A DNA stretch of 64,000 nucleotides from Mogibacterium sp. Its GTDB lineage: Bacteria > Bacillota > Clostridia > Peptostreptococcales > Anaerovoracaceae. Positions 1 to 9,437 of this stretch are shown piece after piece (the first letter of the stretch is position 1; the number at the start of each line of letters is the position of its first letter). Location: positions 13,478-77,477 of the forward strand of contig JAKSSO010000001.1 of assembly GCA_024403055.1 (NCBI GenBank), written 5' to 3'. The translations under genes were made by a program, and so were the position numbers. The notes below the pieces were generated by a model. That model was not told where the DNA came from. It worked only from the letters and a program-made list of their open reading frames with translations, and made no database searches.

Positions 1-11
1 CTGATGTAAAT

Positions 12-52
12 AAAACATGCCGTGAGGGCAGATCCTCACGGCATGTTTTTGT
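12..52. terminator. Bidirectional rho-independent terminator between the tail of an upstream + gene (CTG ATG TAA ends at 9) and the convergent glycosyltransferase gene
   Basis: Perfect 16-bp stem AAAACATGCCGTGAGG (12-27) / CCTCACGGCATGTTTT (34-49) with a 6-nt loop. T-run 3' on the + strand and A-run 5', which gives a T-run on the - strand. Confidence 0.8.
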
Positions 53-62
53 TATATTTCGT

Positions 63-1310
63 TTATCTGACGATTGACGCTGCAACCGCATCCCAGCTGA
101 TGCGTGATGTGTCCGGGCGTGCGGCTTCGCCGCACGTGCCGCATGACAGATCTTCGATCGCGGCACCGAGAATTTCCTTCAGATCCTTCTTGAAATTCTC
201 GCGCCCGGACCTTGTCGGCACATCAACAGCTTCCATTTCCGGCATTGGTATGTAGCGTACATTCGGATCACTTACATTTTTATTGATCCAGTCCCTGGTT
301 CCCGGAATATCCGTGCTGATCGGCAGCATTCCGCTGGCCATCGCCTCTATAAGCACCAGGGGGAGACCTTCGTAGAACGAAGGCAGCACGAAAATATCAC
401 TGCTTCTGAATATCGCAGCCAGCTCGGATTGCGGTACCTGTCCGCGATACTTTATATTCTCCGGAAGCTTTTCAAGTTTCGATCTTATGCTTTCATCCTG
501 GCATCCGCCTGCAAGCACTGCTGTATATTCATGCTCGCTGCTTAGCTCTTCCAGAACTTCCAGCAGTTCGGGAACTCCCTTTGCATCGGACATCTTGCCG
601 GCGTAGCTGATGCGGACCGGCTCATCGTCCGAACGCTCAATGCGGCCATCCGTATTGAAAAGGGCCGCATTATAGCCGCTGCCAATAACGAAGGTCTTAT
701 CTGCACACTCCTCGCCGAACAGCCTGTATATCTTCTCCTTCTGTTCATCGTGCAGAGCAAATATCCTGTCAAGAGCTGCGATCTCGGGACGTATTCTGTC
801 CTGCAGATGAGTGCAGTTGATGAACTGCCTCAGATCGGAGCCATGGCACAGACCATATACTGTCATGTCGGGATACCTCTTTCTTACCATGGATGTAAGA
901 AGGAAGAGATGATGACATAGGATGATGTCCGGTCGGAACTCACTGACTGCACTGTCTACAGCACAGATGAAAGAGTTTTCGAATTCTCTGATCATGTTAT
1001 CAGTCAGTTCGCGATATCTTGTCGAAGGATACGGCATGGTATCTGACATTCCGACGATCGGGTAGCTGATGAGAGAAGCTGCTTCACATGCCTGCATCTC
1101 GTCATTTTTCTCATGCGAAAAAAGGACAGGGTATACATTTACCCCGCACGGAAATGATACACTGTCATCCGGATACAAGCCGCAGACAACAGCCTGCTCG
1201 TGACCCGTTTTGTCAAATGAATTGACGAGTTCTGTAAGATATGTTCCACTGCCTGTTGAATGTGGTTTTTGTGCTGTAATACTCAAAATTCTCATGCTTT
1301 TATTATTCAT
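63..1310 (-). CDS. Glycosyltransferase, GT-B fold, family 4 (group 1)
   Basis: Long ORF with the C-terminal GT1/GT4 signature FVLPSFYEGLPLVLIEAMASG and N-terminal MRILSIT...GGxxTY-like start. The start is ambiguous (TTG 1319, ATG 1310 or ATG 1295) and none has a clear SD. Confidence 0.8.
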   Translation of the reverse strand: MNNKSMRILSITAQKPHSTGSGTYLTELVNSFDKTGHEQAVVCGLYPDDSVSFPCGVNVYPVLFSHEKNDEMQACEAASLISYPIVGMSDTMPYPSTRYRELTDNMIREFENSFICAVDSAVSEFRPDIILCHHLFLLTSMVRKRYPDMTVYGLCHGSDLRQFINCTHLQDRIRPEIAALDRIFALHDEQKEKIYRLFGEECADKTFVIGSGYNAALFNTDGRIERSDDEPVRISYAGKMSDAKGVPELLEVLEELSSEHEYTAVLAGGCQDESIRSKLEKLPENIKYRGQVPQSELAAIFRSSDIFVLPSFYEGLPLVLIEAMASGMLPISTDIPGTRDWINKNVSDPNVRYIPMPEMEAVDVPTRSGRENFKKDLKEILGAAIEDLSCGTCGEAARPDTSRISWDAVAASIVR

Positions 1311-1339
1311 AAAAAACAAAAAAGTGCAAGTTTATTATC

Positions 1340-1367
1340 TTGCCAAATCTTCACAAAAGTGTATAAT
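1340..1367 (+). promoter_or_regulatory. Putative sigma-A promoter for the P-loop/2-oxoacid oxidoreductase operon
   Basis: TTGCCA (1340-1345), 16-nt spacer, TATAAT (1362-1367) preceded by TG. Confidence 0.5.
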
Positions 1368-1407
1368 TGTAGCAACAACTATTGCTGGAAGGACACTGTG
1401 GAAGAAA

Positions 1408-1439
1408 GCTGACTCTGTACGGGTTCAGCGATTTTTTTT
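1408..1439 (+). terminator. Terminator-like hairpin plus T8 inside the 5' leader, directly before the RBS/GTG of the first operon gene (possible attenuator)
   Basis: GCTGACTC (1408-1415) pairs with GGGTTCAGC (1421-1429) with one mismatch and one G-U, followed by TTTTTTTT (1432-1439). No upstream + gene exists for it to terminate. Confidence 0.35.
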
Positions 1440-1453
1440 GAGAAAGGTGTAAC

Positions 1454-2155
1454 GTGGAATTATTTTACGAAGCTGACAAGACATTCGACGAGATAATGAA
1501 CGAAAAGAAGAACTATGTCTTCATCGGTGAGGCCGGAAGCGGTAAGAGCGAGATCGTTCTTAATGTCGCTGTTAAGCTTGCGGAGCGCACAGGAAAACAT
1601 GTTGATTTGTTCGACATGGACCAGACAAAGCCGCTATACAGATCACGTGACATGGCCGAGGAATTCAAACGCAGAGGAGTAAGCATTCATTATCAGGATC
1701 AGTATCTGGATGCGCCTACTCTGGTCGGAGGTGTTGCGGTGTCTCTTCAGGATGATTGTTATACATTGCTGGATATTGGAGGCGGACAGCAGGCGGCAAA
1801 ATTTGCCGGTGCATACAACCATTTGCTGAGCCGCGAAGATTCTGTGCCTGTGTATGTAATTAATCCATACAGGCCTTGGACCAGGAGCATCGAGTCGATA
1901 GACGGGACCATGTCACATATTCTTAGTTCTATCAGACTCGACCATATATACATGCTCTGCAACCCTAATCTGGGTTACACAACTACCGTTAATGAATTCA
2001 TTGAGGGTCTGAACAGAACGGATGAACTGCTTGAGGGCATCACTACAGTTAACAGTGCGTGCGTTCGCAGGGATATTTATGAGGAAGCAAAGCAACTTAC
2101 GGATAAGACTTTGATACCTATTGATCTGTTCCTGACTTACGAATGGGTTGATTGA
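1454..2155 (+). CDS. P-loop NTPase of unknown function (SIMIBI-like: MinD/CooC/GPN-loop-like)
   Basis: Walker A GEAGSGKS, DMDQTKP segment, Walker-B-like LLDIGGGQ. GTG start preceded by GAAAGGTG; an alternative ATG lies at 1496. Confidence 0.6.
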   Translation: MELFYEADKTFDEIMNEKKNYVFIGEAGSGKSEIVLNVAVKLAERTGKHVDLFDMDQTKPLYRSRDMAEEFKRRGVSIHYQDQYLDAPTLVGGVAVSLQDDCYTLLDIGGGQQAAKFAGAYNHLLSREDSVPVYVINPYRPWTRSIESIDGTMSHILSSIRLDHIYMLCNPNLGYTTTVNEFIEGLNRTDELLEGITTVNSACVRRDIYEEAKQLTDKTLIPIDLFLTYEWVD

Positions 2156-2171
2156 AAAAGGAGGATAAACA

Positions 2172-2375
2172 ATGGCAAGAATTGAGATTAACACTGAATC
2201 CTGTAAATCCTGCTCATATTGTGTTATATCCTGTCCTAAGAAGGTCATTGAGATCGGTGAGAAGGTTAATTCAAAGGGTTACCTTTACGCTGTAGCTGCA
2301 AGACCTGAGGATTGCATCGGATGCGCAATGTGCGGACAGATTTGCCCGGATGCGGCAATTGAGGTATGGAGATAA
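2172..2375 (+). CDS. 2-oxoacid:ferredoxin oxidoreductase delta subunit (2x[4Fe-4S] ferredoxin)
   Basis: Two CxxCxxCxxxCP motifs (CKSCSYCVISCP, CIGCAMCGQICP). Sits immediately upstream of the alpha/beta/gamma subunits. Confidence 0.85.
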   Translation: MARIEINTESCKSCSYCVISCPKKVIEIGEKVNSKGYLYAVAARPEDCIGCAMCGQICPDAAIEVWR

Positions 2376-2389
2376 CAAGGAGGAAAATT

Positions 2390-3469
2390 ATGGCAGATCG
2401 TGTTTTCATGAAGGGCACCGAAGCAATCGCTGAGGCTGCTACAAGAGCGGGTTGTCGTTTCTTCGCGGGTTATCCTATTACTCCGCAGAACGAGATCCCT
2501 GAGTATTTTGCAAGAAGAATGCCTGAAGTAGGCGGAACCTTTGTACAGGGTGAGTCTGAGGTTGCATCAGTAAACATGCTTTACGGTGCTGCATCAACAG
2601 GTATCAGAGCCATGAGCTCATCATCATCATGCGGTATCTCTCTCTACAGTGAGGGAGTTTCATACTGCGCATCAGCACGTATTCCTATGGTATACGTAAA
2701 CGTTCAGAGAGGCGGCCCTGGAATCGGAGCTATCCAGCCTGCACAGCAGGACTACCTGCAGGCAACAAAGGCTTCCGGAAACGGCGGTTTCAGAATGATC
2801 GTATTCGCACCTTCCACAGTTCAGGAATGTGTAGATATGACTTATGAGGCATTTGACCTCGCATTCAGAGATGAGAACCCTGTTCTCGTACTGACAGACG
2901 GAGTTATGGGCACAATGATGGAGCCTGTAGTACTTCCTCCAATGAAGTCAGACGAAGAACTCAAGGAGCTCAGAGATGCTTACAAGCACAGAGCTATTAT
3001 CGGACACCCTCTCGGACAGCAGGCATACTGCAGACCTGGTTCAGTAGGAACAGGCCAGGAGGAAGTAAACAAAGAGGCTGTTAAGCTCTATGCAACATGG
3101 GATAAGGACATTCGCGTAGAAGAGTATATGATGGAAGATGCTGAGATCGTTTTCGCAGCATACGGAATTTCAGCTCGTATTTCAAGAGCTGTTATCAAGG
3201 AGCTGAGAGCTCAGGGTGTTAAGGCCGGAATGATCAGACCTATCACAATTTCACCATTCCCTTATGAGACATTCAAGAACCTTGACTTTAACAGAGTTAA
3301 GGGAATTCTCGATGTAGAGATGTCTATTCCTGCACAGATGAGATGGGATCTTGACTATGCAATTCAGGGCGCTTGCCCAATTAAAGAGTGCCTGAGATCA
3401 GGCGGACAGCTTCTGACTAACGATCAGGTTATGAAGGCAGCTCAGGAATTAATTAAGGAGGTGCTCTAA
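2390..3469 (+). CDS. 2-oxoacid:ferredoxin oxidoreductase alpha subunit (KOR/VOR type)
   Basis: MKGTEAIAEAATRAGCRFFAGYPITPQNEI is a typical POR/KOR alpha N-terminus. AGGAGG lies 7 nt upstream of ATG 2390; the ORF-track start 2366 overlaps the delta subunit. Confidence 0.9.
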   Translation: MADRVFMKGTEAIAEAATRAGCRFFAGYPITPQNEIPEYFARRMPEVGGTFVQGESEVASVNMLYGAASTGIRAMSSSSSCGISLYSEGVSYCASARIPMVYVNVQRGGPGIGAIQPAQQDYLQATKASGNGGFRMIVFAPSTVQECVDMTYEAFDLAFRDENPVLVLTDGVMGTMMEPVVLPPMKSDEELKELRDAYKHRAIIGHPLGQQAYCRPGSVGTGQEEVNKEAVKLYATWDKDIRVEEYMMEDAEIVFAAYGISARISRAVIKELRAQGVKAGMIRPITISPFPYETFKNLDFNRVKGILDVEMSIPAQMRWDLDYAIQGACPIKECLRSGGQLLTNDQVMKAAQELIKEVL

Positions 3470-4227
3470 TGGCTGAAGAGAAGAAAGTTTATTCAAGAAC
3501 TAAAGGAATCATTGACGGTGCAGTTTCCGGATTCTGTCCTGGATGCATGCACAGTACTATTCATAAGCTTATCGGAGAAGCAGCTGAGGATCTCGGCAAG
3601 CTCGATAAGCTCGTAAGAGTTGAGGGTGTAGGCTGCTGCGGACTCGGACAGTTCTATGTAACTTGTGACGAGACTATCGCTGCTCACGGAAGAGCTTGCG
3701 CAGTAGCAACGGGAATCAAGAGATCATCCCCGGATTCACTTATCTATACATATCAGGGTGACGGAGACCTCGCAGCTATCGGTCTTGCTGAGACAATGTC
3801 TGCTGCAAACAGAGGAGAGAACTTTACTGTTATCTTCGTAAACAACGGTATTTACGGAATGACAGGTGGTCAGATGGCTCCAACAACTCTGCTTGGCATG
3901 AAGGCTACTACTGCTCCACAGGGAAGAAAAGCTGAGGAGCACGGATACCCAATGCACATGTGCGAGATCCTTAACCAGCTGACAGCTCCATACTATCTGG
4001 AGAGAGTTTCCTGCGATACTCCACAGAATGTTATCAAGACTCGCAATGCCATCAAGAAGGCTTTCCAGTATCAGCTCGAGGGAAAGGGCTTCAGCATGGT
4101 AGAAATCGTTACTTCTTGCCCAACTAACTGGGGTCTTAGCACACTTGATTCCCTGGATTTCCTGAGAGATAAGATGTTCACAGAATATCCTCTCGGAGTA
4201 TACAGAGATAAGGGCGCAGAGAAATAG
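3469..4227 (+). CDS. 2-oxoacid:ferredoxin oxidoreductase beta subunit (TPP-binding)
   Basis: TPP motif GDGD...NNGIYGMTGGQ and N-terminal Cys cluster FCPGC. The start overlaps the alpha-subunit stop. Confidence 0.9.
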   Translation: MAEEKKVYSRTKGIIDGAVSGFCPGCMHSTIHKLIGEAAEDLGKLDKLVRVEGVGCCGLGQFYVTCDETIAAHGRACAVATGIKRSSPDSLIYTYQGDGDLAAIGLAETMSAANRGENFTVIFVNNGIYGMTGGQMAPTTLLGMKATTAPQGRKAEEHGYPMHMCEILNQLTAPYYLERVSCDTPQNVIKTRNAIKKAFQYQLEGKGFSMVEIVTSCPTNWGLSTLDSLDFLRDKMFTEYPLGVYRDKGAEK

Positions 4228-4238
4228 GAGGTAGCAGA

Positions 4239-4787
4239 ATGGAAAGAAATATTATGATGGCCGGATTCGGCGGCCAGGGAGTTATGACAATGGGTAAGCT
4301 GCTTGCTGAGGCTACTTCACAGGCAACAGACCTTGCTGTTACATTCTTCCCTTCATACGGTGCTGCCATGAGAGGCGGCACAGCAAACTGCTTCGTTGTT
4401 ATTTCTGATGACGAGATCGGAGCACCTGTAAGCTATAGCCTTGAGGACCTTATCGTTATGAACGGACCTTCACTCCACGCTTTCATCAACAATGTAAAGC
4501 CGGGTGGCAACCTGTTCATCAACAGCACTATCGTTACAGATCCTATCGAGAGAGACGACATTACTGTTATCGAGGCTCCTGTTACACAGATGGCTATCGA
4601 CATGGGCAACGAGAGAGCTCTCAACGTCATCATGCTCGGAGTATATGTAGGCTTTACACAGGCAGTTCCTGAGGAAGTAATCATCAAGGGTATCGAGCAC
4701 AAGTTCGAGAAGAAGCCTAAGCTCATCGCACCTAACGTTGATGCATTCCAGAAGGGCCTGGAGATTGGAAAAGCAGCAAGAAAGTAA
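4239..4787 (+). CDS. 2-oxoacid:ferredoxin oxidoreductase gamma subunit
   Basis: MMAGFGGQGVMTMGKLLA gamma-subunit signature and operon position. Confidence 0.9.
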   Translation: MERNIMMAGFGGQGVMTMGKLLAEATSQATDLAVTFFPSYGAAMRGGTANCFVVISDDEIGAPVSYSLEDLIVMNGPSLHAFINNVKPGGNLFINSTIVTDPIERDDITVIEAPVTQMAIDMGNERALNVIMLGVYVGFTQAVPEEVIIKGIEHKFEKKPKLIAPNVDAFQKGLEIGKAARK

Positions 4788-4823
4788 TTGTTAATCTGAA
4801 AACCAATTGATAATCCATAGAAG

Positions 4824-4860
4824 AGAGGACCACACCGCATGATGTGATCCTCTTTTTATT
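4824..4860 (+). terminator. Rho-independent terminator of the oxidoreductase operon
   Basis: AGAGGACCACA / TGTGATCCTCT stem (1 mismatch), 8-nt loop, TTTTTATT tail. Confidence 0.7.
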
Positions 4861-4913
4861 GAATAATAACTGTGCATGGGATATAATCACTATGTATGTA
4901 CAGGAGGTGCGAC

Positions 4914-5078
4914 ATGTTTACAAAACAGGTAAAAGTATTAGATGCACACACTAAAGAAACAAAGATCGTTGCAGGAACTCTTGCAGCTCTCCTTACTGCG
5001 GTTTCTGCGTTTGCGATCGCAACTCAGAATCTGGTCAAATCAATAAAAGCTGACGACGATAACGATCGTAGCTGGTAA
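4914..5078 (+). CDS. Small hypothetical single-pass membrane protein (54 aa)
   Basis: AGGAGG 6 nt upstream of ATG 4914. Hydrophobic segment IVAGTLAALLTAVSAFAIA and acidic C-terminus. No recognisable family. Confidence 0.45.
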   Translation: MFTKQVKVLDAHTKETKIVAGTLAALLTAVSAFAIATQNLVKSIKADDDNDRSW

Positions 5079-5117
5079 ATAATACAACAGCTCTCATTTG
5101 AGCGGGAAGGCAAAACA

Positions 5118-7094
5118 ATGGAAAACAAAGGAAAATTCTACATCACAACACCTATTTATTATCCAAGTTCAAATCTGCACGTTGGACATACATACTGCAC
5201 AGTCATGGCAGACGCAATGGCAAGATTCAGACGAATGCAGGGTTATGATGTTAGATTCCTTACAGGAACTGATGAACACGGTCAGAAGATACAGACTCTT
5301 GCTGAAGAGAAGGGAGTTACACCTCAGGCTTATGTTGACGAGGTAGTAGCCGGGATCAAGGAACTCTGGAAGACAATGGAGATCAGCTACGATGACTTCA
5401 TCAGAACAACAGAGGAACGTCACGAGACACGTGTACAGCAGATCTGGAACAGAATGTATGAAAAGGGCGATATCTACAAGGGCAAGTACGAGGGAATGTA
5501 CTGCACTCCATGCGAGTCGTTCTGGACTGAATCACAGCTGGTAGACGGCAAGTGCCCTGACTGCGGAAGACCTGTAGTCAAGGCTGAAGAGGAAGCATAT
5601 TTCTTCAAGCTGTCCAACTATGCACAGAAGATACTTGATCTCTATGAGGAGCACCCTGAGTTCCTCCAGCCGGAGACAAGACGTAATGAGATGAAGGCGT
5701 TCATCAACCAGGGTCTCGAGGATCTCTGCGTATCAAGATGCACCTTTGACTGGGGCGTTCCGGTACCGAATGATCCAAAGCATGTAATGTACGTGTGGGT
5801 AGATGCACTGTCCAACTATGTAACAGCACTCGGCGGTCCTGAGGATACAGAACTGATGGGCAAGTACTGGCCTGCAGACTACCACCTGGTAGGCAAAGAA
5901 ATCGTAAGATTCCACTCGATCATCTGGCCGGCAATGCTGATGTCAGCCGATCTGCCGCTGCCTAAGCATGTTCTCGGACACGGCTGGCTGCTTCTTGGCG
6001 GAGAAAAGGTATCAAAGTCCAAGGCTGCCAAGGGTCTTGACGTAGTTGATCCTGTTATCCTGATCGAGCGTTACGGCATAGATGCTCTCAAGTATTTCCT
6101 CCTGAGAGAATACACATTCGGACAGGATGGAAACTTCAACAATGAGGTAATGCTCAAGAGAATGAACTATGATCTGGCTAATGACCTCGGAAACCTCGTT
6201 TCCAGAACTGTATCCATGATAGAGAAGTACTGCGGCGGAGTTATTCCTGCAGCAGCGATCGAAGACGATTTCGATAAGGACCTGAAAGCGATCGCTGTAG
6301 GAGCACGCGAAAAGGTCGAGGCCGAGATGGACAAGTTTGCATTCAACATGGCACTTGAGGAGATCTGGGTAGTTGTAAGAAGAGCCAACAAGTATATTGA
6401 TGAGAAGGCACCTTGGGTACTTGCCAAGGATGAGTCTAAAAAGGCTGAGCTTGACACAGTAATGAAGAACCTTGCTGAGGCTATCAGAGTTGTCAGCGTC
6501 CTGATCTATCCATTCATGCATACAACATCTGATGAGATCAGAAAGCAGATCGGACTTGAGGGAACAGAGACCGTATGGGATGATGCTCTCGTATTTGACC
6601 TGATGGAAGGCGTTAAGGTCTGCAAGGGCAATGCAATATTCCCTAGAATCGATATCGATAAGGAGCTTGAGATCCTTTCCGGAATTGCTGAGGAGATCGC
6701 AAAGAAGAAAGCAGCAGCAAGTGCAGATCCTGTTGAAAAGGCAATACTTGAATCCAAGCCGCTTGAGCTCAAGGACGAGATCGTATATGACGATTTCGAC
6801 AAGATGGACTTCAGAGTAGGAACCATCCTTAAGGCTGAGAAGCATCCTAAGGCAGACAAACTGCTCGTTTTCCAGGTGAAGATGGGAACTGAGGTAAGAC
6901 AGGTCATCTCCGGAGTGGCTGATTCATACAAGCCTGAAGAAATGGTAGGAAAGAAGGTCGTAGTTGTAGCCAACCTCAAGCCGAGACAGCTCAGAGGAAT
7001 GGAATCATACGGAATGCTTCTCTTCGCTGACGGTGAAGATGGAAAGAGCATTGTAGTTACAACTGATGCACCGGACGGATCGGTGGTTTGCTAA
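5118..7094 (+). CDS. metG: Methionine--tRNA ligase with C-terminal EMAP/tRNA-binding domain
   Basis: HIGH-type motif NLHVGH, KMSKS-type KVSKSK, zinc knuckle CPDCG, and a C-terminal tRNA-binding OB domain (FRVGTILKAEKHPKADKL). Confidence 0.97.
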   Translation: MENKGKFYITTPIYYPSSNLHVGHTYCTVMADAMARFRRMQGYDVRFLTGTDEHGQKIQTLAEEKGVTPQAYVDEVVAGIKELWKTMEISYDDFIRTTEERHETRVQQIWNRMYEKGDIYKGKYEGMYCTPCESFWTESQLVDGKCPDCGRPVVKAEEEAYFFKLSNYAQKILDLYEEHPEFLQPETRRNEMKAFINQGLEDLCVSRCTFDWGVPVPNDPKHVMYVWVDALSNYVTALGGPEDTELMGKYWPADYHLVGKEIVRFHSIIWPAMLMSADLPLPKHVLGHGWLLLGGEKVSKSKAAKGLDVVDPVILIERYGIDALKYFLLREYTFGQDGNFNNEVMLKRMNYDLANDLGNLVSRTVSMIEKYCGGVIPAAAIEDDFDKDLKAIAVGAREKVEAEMDKFAFNMALEEIWVVVRRANKYIDEKAPWVLAKDESKKAELDTVMKNLAEAIRVVSVLIYPFMHTTSDEIRKQIGLEGTETVWDDALVFDLMEGVKVCKGNAIFPRIDIDKELEILSGIAEEIAKKKAAASADPVEKAILESKPLELKDEIVYDDFDKMDFRVGTILKAEKHPKADKLLVFQVKMGTEVRQVISGVADSYKPEEMVGKKVVVVANLKPRQLRGMESYGMLLFADGEDGKSIVVTTDAPDGSVVC

Positions 7095-7095
7095 T

Positions 7096-7923
7096 ATGTT
7101 ATTTGACGCACATACACATCTTAATTTTGAACAGCTGAGTGATGAAGAACGCCTTGGTCTCGCACGCGAGATCGAGGCGTCCGATTTGTCATGCATAATT
7201 GACGTGGGCGATTGTGTCGAATCGTCAGAACAGGCACTGAAGGATGCGGAAAACTACGACTGGTGCTACGCGGCAGTCGGAATACATCCTGATCATGCTT
7301 CTGCATATACTGATGCAGATATTGATGAGATCCGCAGGATGGCGGCTCATCCCAAGGCGGTGGCGATAGGAGAGATCGGTCTGGATTTCTATTACGGCAA
7401 GGACGATCAGGAGGAGCAGCAGGAGCTGTTTCGCAAACAGGTCAGACTGGCTGTAGAGCTTGGAATGCCGATAATGATACATTCAAGAGATGCACATCAG
7501 CTGACCATGGACATTCTCGTGGAAGAGGGCGCATTCAGTGAAGCCAGAAAGAAACAGTTCCCACCAAGACCGGCTGTGGGAGTCGGAAGTGCCGAGGATG
7601 CGAGAGTGCAGCTGCACTGCTTCAGCGGCTCGCCTGAACTGGCTGAGGAATACATTAAAATGGGAGCTACTATTTCTCTTGGAGGTCCTGTCACTTTTAA
7701 GAACGGCAAGAAGGCCGTGGAAGTTGTAAGAAGGATCCCGATCGAATACATCATGTCTGAGACAGATGCTCCGTACATGGCACCTGAGCCGCTCAGAGGA
7801 AGACCTAACAAGCCTCAATATGTTGAGCATGTTGTTCGGAGGATGGCATTGCTCAAGGACATGACTTATGAAGAGACAGCTGAGATATTGAAAAAGAACG
7901 CGGAAAGGTTTTTCGGAATATGA
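7096..7923 (+). CDS. tatD: TatD-family metal-dependent DNase/hydrolase
   Basis: MLFDAHTHLN start and EIGLDFYY motif. ATG 7096 follows the metG stop; the ORF-track start 7066 overlaps metG. Confidence 0.9.
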   Translation: MLFDAHTHLNFEQLSDEERLGLAREIEASDLSCIIDVGDCVESSEQALKDAENYDWCYAAVGIHPDHASAYTDADIDEIRRMAAHPKAVAIGEIGLDFYYGKDDQEEQQELFRKQVRLAVELGMPIMIHSRDAHQLTMDILVEEGAFSEARKKQFPPRPAVGVGSAEDARVQLHCFSGSPELAEEYIKMGATISLGGPVTFKNGKKAVEVVRRIPIEYIMSETDAPYMAPEPLRGRPNKPQYVEHVVRRMALLKDMTYEETAEILKKNAERFFGI

Positions 7924-9365
7924 AAAATAACGTAATTGACAGGATAATAGACAGCGGAATGATCCATCCGGGTTCTGCAGTCATCGTTGGATTTTCGGGC
8001 GGACCTGATTCGCTCTGTCTTCTGCACGCACTTGTACAGATCCAGGAACCGTATGAACTGGCTATCATACCGGTGCATGTTAATCACAAACTGCGTGCTG
8101 CAGCTGATGCAGAAGCGATGAATGCCGCAAGGATATGCGAACGTTTTGACCTGGAGTGCCAGATGTTTGAAGCGGACTGCGCAGGCCTGGCAGAGGACCT
8201 TAAGATCTCAACAGAAGAGGCAGGACGCAAGATAAGATATGAGGTCTTTGACGATGTTGCAGCTCAGCTGGAGCAAGAAGGCTTTGAACGCGAAAATATC
8301 TGTATCGCCCTTGCACATAATGCGGATGACCAGAGCGAGACAGTGCTGTTCAGGCTTCTCAGAGGGACGGGCATGCACGGACTGGCAGGAATCCCTTATG
8401 TCAGACCTTCGAACAACGGGTTCATGATCATACGCCCGCTTCTTGAAGTGCCGAGAGATGATATCGAGGAGTACATTCGAGAGAACAAGCTGCATCCTAA
8501 CATTGACGAATCCAACAAGGGTACGGATTATACGCGCAACAAGATCAGAAATGAGCTGATCCCGTATCTTGAGAAAAATTATAATCCGAATATCAGACAG
8601 GCGCTGAGACGTTTTGCTGAGATCGCAGATTGCGATGATACATTCCTGACGGACATCGCGCTCAGCGAGTGTGACGAAATACTGACCAGAGATGAGGTAA
8701 ACGAGGCGATCTATCTGGACATCTCCGAAGCGAAGGAATATCCGGTGCCTGTAAACACCCGTATTATCTCGGCAATATTGACGAGTCTGGATCTGGAGGC
8801 AAGGGTCACATACGATCTTGTATTGTCGATCCTCAAGCTTATATACTCCGACAATCCGTCAGCTGTGCTTGATCTTCCGGAGGGCAACAAGGCTATTCGG
8901 GAATATGACAAAATAACATTTACAGCCAATGATGCACTGATAAATGCAAGCGGCCTGAGTGAACATCCTGAAGACATGTACATCCTTGAGTCGCAGATAA
9001 TGAAGATAGGGGAATTTCGCGAGATCCGTGACGGCAGTTTTGCGGCATTCGACTTTGACCTGTTCAACAGGAGCTATCCGGGGAAAGCAGGCGATATAGA
9101 GCTCCGCACTCGCAGAGAAGGCGACTATATCGCGATAAACGGTGGCAAAAAGAAGATACAGGACCACTTTGTGGATTCCAAGGTAAGAAAAGCTGCCAGG
9201 GGAAGCATCCTGATGGTATGCATTGGCAACGAAGTATTGTGGATACTGCCAAGCGAGGAATTTTCAAATGAGAGAGAGCGTGAAAAGGGTAAGTTTTCAC
9301 AAAACTTTCATATTAATGATGCCACTGAGAGGGTCTTATTCCTTGAAGTAAATGCAGAAATATGA
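7920..9365 (+). CDS. tilS: tRNA(Ile)-lysidine synthetase
   Basis: PP-loop motif GFSGGPDS and a conserved position upstream of ftsH. ATGA overlap with tatD. Confidence 0.92.
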   Translation: MKNNVIDRIIDSGMIHPGSAVIVGFSGGPDSLCLLHALVQIQEPYELAIIPVHVNHKLRAAADAEAMNAARICERFDLECQMFEADCAGLAEDLKISTEEAGRKIRYEVFDDVAAQLEQEGFERENICIALAHNADDQSETVLFRLLRGTGMHGLAGIPYVRPSNNGFMIIRPLLEVPRDDIEEYIRENKLHPNIDESNKGTDYTRNKIRNELIPYLEKNYNPNIRQALRRFAEIADCDDTFLTDIALSECDEILTRDEVNEAIYLDISEAKEYPVPVNTRIISAILTSLDLEARVTYDLVLSILKLIYSDNPSAVLDLPEGNKAIREYDKITFTANDALINASGLSEHPEDMYILESQIMKIGEFREIRDGSFAAFDFDLFNRSYPGKAGDIELRTRREGDYIAINGGKKKIQDHFVDSKVRKAARGSILMVCIGNEVLWILPSEEFSNEREREKGKFSQNFHINDATERVLFLEVNAEI

Positions 9366-9437
9366 TAAAATTTGTGTCTAGAACACAAAAAAGACATGTA
9401 ATATAGTCGAATATTTATATAAGAAAGGAAAACAGTA

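Noticed and set aside
4788-5117. Possible T-box leader upstream of metG
   Set aside because: The region is occupied by a terminator and a small RBS-preceded ORF. No T-box sequence (AANNNGGGTGGNACCGCG-like) or specifier/antiterminator architecture was seen.
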